Position numbers and translations under genes: made by a program
NCBI GenBank assembly: GCA_934162655.1
Contig: CAKPJL010000002.1
Span: 20,089-84,088, forward strand
From: an uncultured Clostridia bacterium
GTDB lineage: Bacteria; Bacillota; Clostridia; TANB77; CAG-465
DNA length: 64,000 bases
Direction of reading: 5' to 3'
The notes under the pieces: model-generated
What the model was told of the DNA's origin: nothing
Databases searched by the model: none
The model's input: only the letters and a program-made list of their open reading frames with translations
Part shown: positions 10,194 to 19,004 of the stretch, one piece after another
How positions within the stretch are numbered: the first letter of the stretch is position 1
How the letters are laid out: every line of letters begins with the position of its first letter

Positions 10194-10682
10194 ATGGATA
10201 GCATTAATGCACTGTCTACAAAATTGGTTAAAAAACAGGAAGGGATATTTTTATGTACTGATTGGTACATAGATGAGTTGGCAAAAATAATTTGTAAAGA
10301 TATGGTAAAAGAAGTAATGTTAACCTATTTGGACTTTGAATTTGTAGATAGAGTATGTGATGAACATGGATTTTTTGGCCTTGAGGATAGAGTAATCAAT
10401 TTTTATAGCAAATGTACATCGATTGAGATTAATGCTGTTAATTCGCTTATTAGGTTTTTGGTACTGGTAAATTATTTTGTATTACATGAAGGTTTTTTTA
10501 CACATGATGCTGTAACACACGCAATGGATAAAATGAAAAGAACTTATAGCGAAGGCCTTTTTGAACTTTTTGCTGATGATATGTGGAGAGAATTTATATA
10601 TGTTTTTGTTGAAAAAAATACATTTTTTGAAGACAAAAAATGCATTTTAGAAATAGATTTTGATAATTTAAAAGAATTATAG
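10194..10682 (+). CDS. hypothetical protein (162 aa)
   Basis: ORF with no obvious SD of its own and no recognisable motif. In frame with the upstream small ORF. Confidence 0.45.
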   Translation: MDSINALSTKLVKKQEGIFLCTDWYIDELAKIICKDMVKEVMLTYLDFEFVDRVCDEHGFFGLEDRVINFYSKCTSIEINAVNSLIRFLVLVNYFVLHEGFFTHDAVTHAMDKMKRTYSEGLFELFADDMWREFIYVFVEKNTFFEDKKCILEIDFDNLKEL

Positions 10683-10715
10683 ACTAACATTGCAAAGATA
10701 TGATTTTATTATAAA

Positions 10716-10745
10716 ACCGAGTAATTTTTACTCGGTTATTTTTTA
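10716..10745 (+). terminator. rho-independent terminator
   Basis: accgagtaa-ttt-ttactcggt hairpin followed by TATTTTTT. Confidence 0.55.
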
Positions 10746-10762
10746 AAAATTTGCTCAAATTG

Positions 10763-10791
10763 TTGACAATTATGTCAAATAGTAGTAAAAT
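10763..10791 (+). promoter_or_regulatory. sigma-A promoter for typA (TTGACA, 17 nt, TAAAAT)
   Basis: Consensus -35 at 10763-10768, 17-nt spacer, -10 at 10786-10791. Confidence 0.55.
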
Positions 10792-10810
10792 AAGTAAGAT
10801 AATGTTTTTT

Positions 10811-10845
10811 ATATATAACCTAAAAATTGTTTTTAGGTTATATAT
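10811..10845 (+). promoter_or_regulatory. perfect 16-bp inverted repeat (3-nt spacer) in typA 5' leader
   Basis: atatataacctaaaaa ttg tttttaggttatatat. Lies between the promoter and the RBS of typA. Confidence 0.6.
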
Positions 10846-10868
10846 CTTTTAGAAGGGAAGAATAAATA

Positions 10869-12680
10869 ATGAAAAATTTAAGGAATGTAGCAATAATAGC
10901 CCACGTTGACCATGGTAAAACAACACTTGTAGATGCACTGCTAAAACAATCAGGAACATTTAGACAAAACGAACAAATAGAAGAACGTGTAATGGACTCA
11001 AATGATATAGAACGTGAGAGAGGAATAACAATTCTTTCAAAAAATACTGCTATAAGATATAAAGATGTAAAAATCAATATTGTTGATACACCTGGACATG
11101 CTGATTTTGGTGGAGAAGTTGAGCGTGTGCTTAAAATGGTTGATGGCGTAATATTAGTTGTTGATGCGTTTGACGGACCTATGCCACAAACTAGATTTGT
11201 TTTATCAAAGGCTTTAGCATTAAATCTTGTACCAATAGTTGTAGTAAATAAAATAGATAGGCCAGGAGCTAGACCTAAAGAAGTTGTAGATGAAGTTTTA
11301 GAGCTATTTATGGATCTTGATGCAACAGATGAACAACTTGATTTTAAAGTAATATATGCATCTGGTAAAAATGGTTTTGCTAAATATTCTTTAGATGAAG
11401 AAAATGATAATATGCAACCTTTATTTGAAACAATAGTAAATACTGTTCCAGAACCAAAAGGTGATGAGAACGAACCACTTCAATTACTTATTACAAATAT
11501 AGATTATGATGAATATACTGGTAGAGTGGGTATTGGCAGAATCGAAAGAGGTACAATTCTAAACTCACAAAATGTGGCTGTATGTAAAAATGATGGTACA
11601 GTACAAAATTTAAAAATAGGTAAACTTTTTACTTATGAAGGGCTTAACAAAAAAGAAGTTGAAAGTGCTACTTGTGGTGATATAGTAGCAATTCAAGGCC
11701 TTGCAGGAATTAATATAGGTGAAACTCTAGCAGATCCAGAACATCCAGAGAAAGTAGATTTCGTAGATATTGATGAACCAACAGTTTCTATGACATTTTC
11801 TGTAAATAATGGACCATTCGCTGGAAAAGAGGGTAAATTTGTTACATCTAGACATTTAAGAGATAGACTATATAAAGAACTTGAAACAAATGTATCTTTA
11901 AGAGTTGAAGACACAGATTCTGCTGATAGCTTTAAAGTATCAGGACGCGGTGAACTTCATTTATCAATTCTAATTGAGCAAATGAGAAGAGAAGGATTTG
12001 AACTTTTAGTATCACGTCCAACTGTTATAAATAAAGTAATTGACGGAGTAAAATGTGAACCAATGGAACTTGTTACAATTGATGTTCCAGAAGAATATGT
12101 TGGTACAGTAATGGAAAAAATGGGAAATAGAAAAGCTGAAATGACTAATATGACTACATCACAATCACAAGCCGGTTATAGTAGACTTGAATTTAAAATC
12201 CCAGCTCGTGGTCTAATTGGTTATAGAAGTGAATTTATGACTGCAACAAAAGGTACAGGAATAATGAACCATATATTTGCAGGATATGAACCAGATCGTG
12301 GTGAAATTATGACACGTTCACATGGTACAGTAATAGCTTTCGAACAAGGTAAATCAACAGGTTATGGCCTTTTCAATGCACAAGAAAGAGCAAGTCTATT
12401 TATAGGTCCAGGTGTTGAAGTGTATGCTGGTATGATTGTTGGTGAAAATTCTCGTAGTGACGATCTTACAGTTAATGTATGTAAAGAAAAACACTTAACA
12501 AATACACGTGCATCTGGTAGTGATGATGCATTAAAACTTGTTCCACCAGTTACTCTATCACTAGAGCAATCAATTGAATTTATTGCAGATGATGAATTAG
12601 TTGAAGTGACACCTCTAAATATTAGACTTAGAAAGAAAATATTAGATCCAACTTTAAGAAATAGAGAGGCAAGAAAATAA
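10869..12680 (+). CDS. typA: translational GTPase TypA/BipA
   Basis: IAHVDHGKTT G1 motif, DTPGHADF; EF-G-like domain order over 603 aa. Confidence 0.9.
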   Translation: MKNLRNVAIIAHVDHGKTTLVDALLKQSGTFRQNEQIEERVMDSNDIERERGITILSKNTAIRYKDVKINIVDTPGHADFGGEVERVLKMVDGVILVVDAFDGPMPQTRFVLSKALALNLVPIVVVNKIDRPGARPKEVVDEVLELFMDLDATDEQLDFKVIYASGKNGFAKYSLDEENDNMQPLFETIVNTVPEPKGDENEPLQLLITNIDYDEYTGRVGIGRIERGTILNSQNVAVCKNDGTVQNLKIGKLFTYEGLNKKEVESATCGDIVAIQGLAGINIGETLADPEHPEKVDFVDIDEPTVSMTFSVNNGPFAGKEGKFVTSRHLRDRLYKELETNVSLRVEDTDSADSFKVSGRGELHLSILIEQMRREGFELLVSRPTVINKVIDGVKCEPMELVTIDVPEEYVGTVMEKMGNRKAEMTNMTTSQSQAGYSRLEFKIPARGLIGYRSEFMTATKGTGIMNHIFAGYEPDRGEIMTRSHGTVIAFEQGKSTGYGLFNAQERASLFIGPGVEVYAGMIVGENSRSDDLTVNVCKEKHLTNTRASGSDDALKLVPPVTLSLEQSIEFIADDELVEVTPLNIRLRKKILDPTLRNREARK

Positions 12681-12838
12681 ATAAAAAAATTAAAAAAGCA
12701 TGTATTGAATGATACATGCTTTTACTACTATTAGGTGCTACATTTCTTGAAATTTACATAAAAATGTGATATAATAATAATGTAAGATTAAATTAATTGC
12801 TATAAGAATTTATGGCAAAATGTGGAGGTATACTAATT

Positions 12839-13321
12839 ATGAGTAACTGTGCAGCAAAACAAAGAAAGATTTCACAGATCGTTTCTATGTTAAGGAAATC
12901 TGATGACTATGTATTAGATGAGGTGATATCAATCTTGAACATCTATAATACAAAAATGATTTCTGATACTGGGTGCGATGATTTGCTTTTCATAAGTCTT
13001 AGAGAAGTTATAGATGAGGACAATAAGAATGGTGTAAGGGTTTTAAATGCCTTAGAAAGAGCAAATAAAACAAGAATATGTGACTTGTTTAATAAGGAGG
13101 AAAATGAAACTAAATATGGTATTTCAATTTCTGACTTGTTTTCAACAAGAGGAATTGGCCTTAACACACTTGATTTACTTGTAGATGAACTGCTTTCCGT
13201 AGGTATAGGTAAAGAGAATTTTATGTTTGCAAGTGTTGATACGCCAGATACTATAAGAAACTTGACAAAAAGAGTTTACCTTACGGCTACAAAACATGAT
13301 TTTATAAGAGATATGATCTGA
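12839..13321 (+). CDS. hypothetical protein (161 aa from ATG 12839)
   Basis: GGAGG 8 nt upstream of ATG 12839. The track ORF opens earlier at 12812. No recognisable domain. Followed by a terminator hairpin at ~13336-13370. Confidence 0.45.
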   Translation: MSNCAAKQRKISQIVSMLRKSDDYVLDEVISILNIYNTKMISDTGCDDLLFISLREVIDEDNKNGVRVLNALERANKTRICDLFNKEENETKYGISISDLFSTRGIGLNTLDLLVDELLSVGIGKENFMFASVDTPDTIRNLTKRVYLTATKHDFIRDMI

Positions 13322-13445
13322 TTAAAGTTTTTTTTATAGAAGTTATAATTTTAACTTCTATTTTTTTATTTTTATATGATTTTAACATTGCATATTTTTA
13401 CCATTTATTATATAATTTTACTATAAATAAGAGGGGTTAAAAAAT

Positions 13446-16400
13446 ATGAAAAATACGCTAAGAAATATATTTTTGGAAGCTGATGAAAATTATAAAATTA
13501 TATGTAATACATATAAAATTTTAGAAAAAACTTACGAGATGAAACTACCTATTCATTCTGCTGGTCAATGGATCCTTGACAATATGTATGTACTAGAACA
13601 AGAATATCTAGAAATTTGTGAGGCTAAAAAATCGCTAAAACATGTTAGACTTCCTGTTATAAAAACTTCTGAGGGGAGTAAATATATAAGTATATATTAC
13701 CTTGCATATGAACTAGTAGAACAAAATACCGGGTATATAGATCAAAATGTTATTATGAATTGTCTAAGGGAACATCAAAAGACTTCATATTTAACATCAG
13801 AAGAGTTAAACTTATTTATACTTATGATAAAAGTTGGACTTCTTAAATTTATAGCACGTGTAGCTACAAATATATGCCATGCCCAAATGCAAAAGCTGAT
13901 TGTAGAAGATTTGCTAAGAAAAAATACATTTGATATAGCTAAAATTTCTAATGATATAGAAAGCGAATTTGTTGCATTTAGGAATTTTAAAACTTATATT
14001 TTGGAAGAGGCTAAAATTAAAAATGCAAATACTGCATTCGTTGAATATATGGCTTATCGATTAAAAGAATTAGGAAAAAAGGGTGAAAAGTATTACGAAG
14101 TATTAAAAAATGAATCTGAAAAAATAGGTTTTACAATAGATGAGGCAATAATAAAAGAACATCTAGAAATAGCAAAGACAACAGATTATATGGGAAGAGC
14201 AATACTTTCATATAAAAAACTTATAGGAATTAATTTTAGAGAGATTTTTGAAGCAGTAAATAAAGTAGATGAAACTTTAAAAGAAGGTGATTACACAAAA
14301 GAATTCCAAAAATGCGATTATAAAACTAAAAATAGATATAGAAATTATATAATTAAAATTGCCAAAAAATATAATGTATCTGAATTGTATGTGGCAAAAA
14401 AAGCAGTAGATTGCTCTAAAAAATATAAAAAACATGTTGGATTTTTCTTGTGTTCTGATGAAAAGTATTTATTAAAAAAAGAGATGGGAAAATCTTATAT
14501 CTCAGATTTGATAAACATTAAATTGATAGACAAGATAAAACCAGCAATTTATATACTTTCAATTTTAATACTTGCATTTGAACTTACTGTACTATTTACT
14601 GTTAATTTTATAGATTTAGGGAATTTAGCTCTAAATATAATAGCCTATATTATATCATTTGGATTTTTTACTGAAATTTCAGAAAAACTAATAAATTATT
14701 TTATTAGAAAAAATATGATACCAGAAACTCTGCCAAGATTTGATTTTGCAAAAACCATTGACGAGGATTGTACTACATATGTAATAATGCCAACAGTCAT
14801 TTCTTCAATAGAAAAGTTAGATGATATGATAAATAAGATGGAAATAACATATCTTGCAAATCGTAGTAAAAATATGTATTACATGCTTATTGGTGATTGT
14901 ATTTCTAGTAATAAAGAACATATAATGCTAGATGATACTATCGTTGAATATGCAAAGGAAAAACTAGATAAGTTAAATGAAAAGTATGACATGCCACATA
15001 AACTTTTTAATTTTATTTATAGAAAACGTATATATTCTAAAGCAGAAGAATGTTATATGGGCTGGGAGAGAAAACGTGGAGCTATAACAGAGTTTAACAA
15101 ATTTGTTTTAGGAAAACTTACTCATGAAGAAGTGGATAAAAAATTCTACGTAACATATGATGACATTGTAAGTGCCAAATATGCAATAACGATTGATGAA
15201 GATACTAATTTATCATTGAATACAGCAAAAGACTTAGTGGCAATTATTTCTCATCCATTAAATAAACCAAGACTTACTAAAAATGGCAGAAGAGTGAAGA
15301 GTGGTTATGGAATGATAACACCTGCTGTTGGACTAGATATTGAAGCTGCAAATAAAAGTCTTTTTTCAAAAATATTCGGTGGATTTGGAGGCTTAGACAT
15401 TTATACAACTGCTGTTGCAAATGTATATCAAGATGTATTTGGCGAAGCAATATTTTGTGGAAAGGGAGTATACGATATTGCTTTATTTGATAAAATACTT
15501 TCAAATGAAATTCCTGAAAATTTAGTATTATCACATGATTTACTAGAAGGCTCTTATATGAGAGTAGGATTTGCAAGTGATATAGAAGTGCAAGATGGAT
15601 TCCCAAATAACTATATATCATACATGAAGAGAAATCATAGATGGTATAGGGGGGATATGCAAATAATTAGATGGCTTATTTCGCCTAAATCTCCACTTAA
15701 TTTGCTTTCTAAATGGAAAATATTTGATAATCTAAGAAGACCTACCGTAAATGTTATAGGAATTTGTGCTATTATACTTGCCTCTTTAATATCACTTGAT
15801 GCATTTATAAAAACAACAATACTTGTATTTCTTGCAATCAACTTTGGTACTATACTTGGAATGATCGATAAGCTAATATTTGGGTTCCATAGACATACAA
15901 AGGAGTTACAATATATACCAATAATTTATGGATTTGATGCAGATTTACTTACAATGTGTCAGAACTTTGTTACATTACCATATACATCATATGTGTGCAT
16001 TAATGCATTTACTAAGTCTTTGTTTAGAATGATATTTACCAAAAAACATTTACTTGAATGGACAACAGCAGAGACACTTGATAAAATGTCAAAAAAGACA
16101 CTTTGGTATTATTATTTAAATATGTTAATTAATGTCGTTTTAGGAGTATTTATTATATTTTTTAAGACACCTGATCTACCAAATGTTTTAGGGCTAAAAT
16201 TATTTAAAATAGCTATTGGAATATTTTTTGTAATAGGACCAGTATTTGCATATTTGCTTGGAAATGATCATCTAATTTCTAGAAAAAAACGTCTAAATGA
16301 AGAACAAGAAAATGAAGTTATTGATGTAGCTAAAAGAACATGGAGTTTTTTTGATACGCTAATGACTAAAACAAATAATTATTTACCAACAGATAATTTT

Positions 16401-19004
16401 CAAAGTAGCAGAAGAAACAAAATTGTAAACAGAACTTCGTCTACTAACATAGGATTTGGTATACTTGCTATAATTACAGCATATGATTTGAAATTTATAA
16501 CATATGATGAAATGATAGAAAAATTAACAAATACATACCAGACAATAGATAGTTTAGAAAAATGGAATGGACATTTATATAATTGGTATAATATAAAAAC
16601 ATTAGAACCATTAAGACCAAGATTTGTATCAACAGTAGATAGTGGCAACTTTGTTGCATGTCTTTATATAGCAAAGACATTCTTTGAAGATCTTATGGGA
16701 GAGAGGGCTTATAGTAGACTTGAATCAAAAGATTATGACTTCAGAGTTAAAAGATTACTTGAACTTACAAATTTATTAATTAAAAATACAGATTTTAATT
16801 ATTTATATAATACACAAAGAAATCTATTTTCTATCGGCTATGATGTAGAGGCTGGCAAACTACTTGATAGTTATTATGATATGCTAATGTCTGAGTGTAG
16901 AACTACTAGTTTAATTGCAATAGCTAGAAGACAAGTAACTTCTAAACATTGGTTTGCACTATCTAGGAATTTAATAAAGCTTGATGGATATAAAGGACTT
17001 GTATCATGGAGTGGTACAGCATTTGAATATTTTATGCCATATATTTTTTCTAAGTCATATGAGCATACTCTAATAGACCAATCTTTATTCTTTACATTAT
17101 ATAGTAATATAAAATATGCAAAGAAAAACAATATTCCTTTTGGAATATCAGAATCTGCATTTGCAATTAAAGATAGAGAACTAAACTATCAATATCAAGC
17201 TTTTGGCGTGCCATGGCTTGGACTTAAAAGAGGATTAAATAATTATCTTGTAGTAGCACCATATGCATCAGTTTTAATGCTACCATTTGCTCCAGGCAAG
17301 GTATATAAAAATCTAAAATATTTAAAGCAACTGGGAGCATATGATTCTTATGGCTTTTATGAGTCAATAGATTATACAAAACAAGATCTAGATAGAGGTG
17401 ACACCATGAAAATAGTAAAAACTTATATGGCTCATCACCAAGGAATGATTTTATGTGCAATAAATAATTATATAAATAAAAATGTACTTCAAAAGAGATT
17501 TCATAGAAATGCAGATATAAGAGCGACTGAAATATTATTAAAAGAAAGAGAAAAAATGAGAGCAAATGTTGCTCCAAGTACAAAAGATAAATTTGAAGCT
17601 TTCAAACAAAGAAATATAGATAAGTATACAACAGATGTTAGTACGATATCTAGTGAGGATATAGACAGTACAAGTAAAGACTTTGATATTGCATTTTTAA
17701 ATGGACATGGAATGTCAGCAATTTATACTTCAAATGGTTCAACATTCCTAAACTATAAGGGAAAGATAATAAATAAACAACGTTTTAAAAATATTAAATC
17801 TACGGGTAACTTCATTGTACTAACAGATAAGACTACGCAAGAAAGAATTGATCCATGCAGTATGGATAATATAAATAATTCTTATATTAAAAAATCTATA
17901 TTTACATCTAATCTAGCATATGTAAATAATTTTATTGAAACTAAAGATATTGAAACTACTACAACTACATTTATATCTCAAGAATTTAATACAGAAATTA
18001 GAAAAATAAGTATGTACAATAATTCAAATATAAAACGTGAGATATTAATTAATACATATTTAGAACTTGCCATGACTGACTATATGACAAATGTAGTACA
18101 TCCTTCATTTAGTAATTTACAAATAGAAACTTATTATGATAATGATTTAGATACTTTGATTGCAAGCAAGAGAAAGAAGACAGAAAATGATACTGATTTT
18201 TATGTGTATTCAAAACTTGTAGGAATTGATCTTGAGAAATCTGTTGAAACAGAAAAATTAAAGATTATACAAAAACAAGAAATGGCATATGACAGTAATA
18301 TAGTCAAATATCCTCTTTGGCCTGTACTTTCATATAGGGCAAGTATAATTCTAGATCCACATGAAAGGCAAGAATTTTACTACATAGTAGGGGCTACTGA
18401 CTCTAAATATAAACTTTCAAATGCTATTGTTAATTTGGATTATGATGAAATATCAAAGCAATATAAAATAGCATGTGAGCTTAATAGTGTAATAGCTAGA
18501 TATTTAAAATTGGAACCTACAAGAGCGAAAATTTATAATGATATACTAAAAGACATTCTGTTTAATAAAAAAACATTAAATGCTGATGAATTCTGGAATG
18601 AAAATATTTCTCAATTAATGCTTTGGAGGTATTCTATATCTGGAGATTTACCAATACTTTTAGTTAATATTGATAAAATAGAAGATGCGGGAATAATTGA
18701 TGAAGTAATTAATTTTATGGACTATGTAAAAAATAGAAATGTTGACTTAGATATAATTATTTTAATAAATGAAAAAGAAGAAAAATATGGTCCAATATAT
18801 ACATATGTAAAAACAAGACTTGATAGAGCTGTATATAGTAATTTTACAAGAGGAAATATTTATGTACTAAATGAGAAATTCTTAGTACAAAATGAAATCA
18901 AATTAATCAATTTCTTATGCTCTAAGCGTATTACAAGCGTTACAGAATTTTTGATAGAAAATACAGATAAAGAATTTAAATTAGGAGGTGGAGTAGATGA
19001 ATAA
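13446..19004 (+). CDS. cyclic beta-1,2-glucan synthase-like protein, N-terminal part (cytoplasmic N-domain, TM helices, GT84-type glycosyltransferase, alpha6/alpha6 domain)
   Basis: 1852 aa. DxD-type motif ITIDEDTNL and HRWYRGDMQ in a GT-A region after TM helices. Downstream block PTDNFQ...VNRTSSTNIGFGILA...GHLYNWYN...VSTVDSGNFVACL and SWSGTAFEYFMPYIF match NdvB/ChvB/Cgs-type glucan synthases. Confidence 0.7.
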   Translation: MKNTLRNIFLEADENYKIICNTYKILEKTYEMKLPIHSAGQWILDNMYVLEQEYLEICEAKKSLKHVRLPVIKTSEGSKYISIYYLAYELVEQNTGYIDQNVIMNCLREHQKTSYLTSEELNLFILMIKVGLLKFIARVATNICHAQMQKLIVEDLLRKNTFDIAKISNDIESEFVAFRNFKTYILEEAKIKNANTAFVEYMAYRLKELGKKGEKYYEVLKNESEKIGFTIDEAIIKEHLEIAKTTDYMGRAILSYKKLIGINFREIFEAVNKVDETLKEGDYTKEFQKCDYKTKNRYRNYIIKIAKKYNVSELYVAKKAVDCSKKYKKHVGFFLCSDEKYLLKKEMGKSYISDLINIKLIDKIKPAIYILSILILAFELTVLFTVNFIDLGNLALNIIAYIISFGFFTEISEKLINYFIRKNMIPETLPRFDFAKTIDEDCTTYVIMPTVISSIEKLDDMINKMEITYLANRSKNMYYMLIGDCISSNKEHIMLDDTIVEYAKEKLDKLNEKYDMPHKLFNFIYRKRIYSKAEECYMGWERKRGAITEFNKFVLGKLTHEEVDKKFYVTYDDIVSAKYAITIDEDTNLSLNTAKDLVAIISHPLNKPRLTKNGRRVKSGYGMITPAVGLDIEAANKSLFSKIFGGFGGLDIYTTAVANVYQDVFGEAIFCGKGVYDIALFDKILSNEIPENLVLSHDLLEGSYMRVGFASDIEVQDGFPNNYISYMKRNHRWYRGDMQIIRWLISPKSPLNLLSKWKIFDNLRRPTVNVIGICAIILASLISLDAFIKTTILVFLAINFGTILGMIDKLIFGFHRHTKELQYIPIIYGFDADLLTMCQNFVTLPYTSYVCINAFTKSLFRMIFTKKHLLEWTTAETLDKMSKKTLWYYYLNMLINVVLGVFIIFFKTPDLPNVLGLKLFKIAIGIFFVIGPVFAYLLGNDHLISRKKRLNEEQENEVIDVAKRTWSFFDTLMTKTNNYLPTDNFQSSRRNKIVNRTSSTNIGFGILAIITAYDLKFITYDEMIEKLTNTYQTIDSLEKWNGHLYNWYNIKTLEPLRPRFVSTVDSGNFVACLYIAKTFFEDLMGERAYSRLESKDYDFRVKRLLELTNLLIKNTDFNYLYNTQRNLFSIGYDVEAGKLLDSYYDMLMSECRTTSLIAIARRQVTSKHWFALSRNLIKLDGYKGLVSWSGTAFEYFMPYIFSKSYEHTLIDQSLFFTLYSNIKYAKKNNIPFGISESAFAIKDRELNYQYQAFGVPWLGLKRGLNNYLVVAPYASVLMLPFAPGKVYKNLKYLKQLGAYDSYGFYESIDYTKQDLDRGDTMKIVKTYMAHHQGMILCAINNYINKNVLQKRFHRNADIRATEILLKEREKMRANVAPSTKDKFEAFKQRNIDKYTTDVSTISSEDIDSTSKDFDIAFLNGHGMSAIYTSNGSTFLNYKGKIINKQRFKNIKSTGNFIVLTDKTTQERIDPCSMDNINNSYIKKSIFTSNLAYVNNFIETKDIETTTTTFISQEFNTEIRKISMYNNSNIKREILINTYLELAMTDYMTNVVHPSFSNLQIETYYDNDLDTLIASKRKKTENDTDFYVYSKLVGIDLEKSVETEKLKIIQKQEMAYDSNIVKYPLWPVLSYRASIILDPHERQEFYYIVGATDSKYKLSNAIVNLDYDEISKQYKIACELNSVIARYLKLEPTRAKIYNDILKDILFNKKTLNADEFWNENISQLMLWRYSISGDLPILLVNIDKIEDAGIIDEVINFMDYVKNRNVDLDIIILINEKEEKYGPIYTYVKTRLDRAVYSNFTRGNIYVLNEKFLVQNEIKLINFLCSKRITSVTEFLIENTDKEFKLGGGVDE

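Noticed and set aside
15277-17583. Several 60-120-aa minus-strand ORFs in the track inside the glucan-synthase gene (15277-15621, 15635-15841, 16400-16680, 16874-17131, 17224-17583)
   Set aside because: They are antisense to a well-supported long gene and have leucine/isoleucine-rich low-complexity translations typical of the reverse frame of AT-rich coding DNA.
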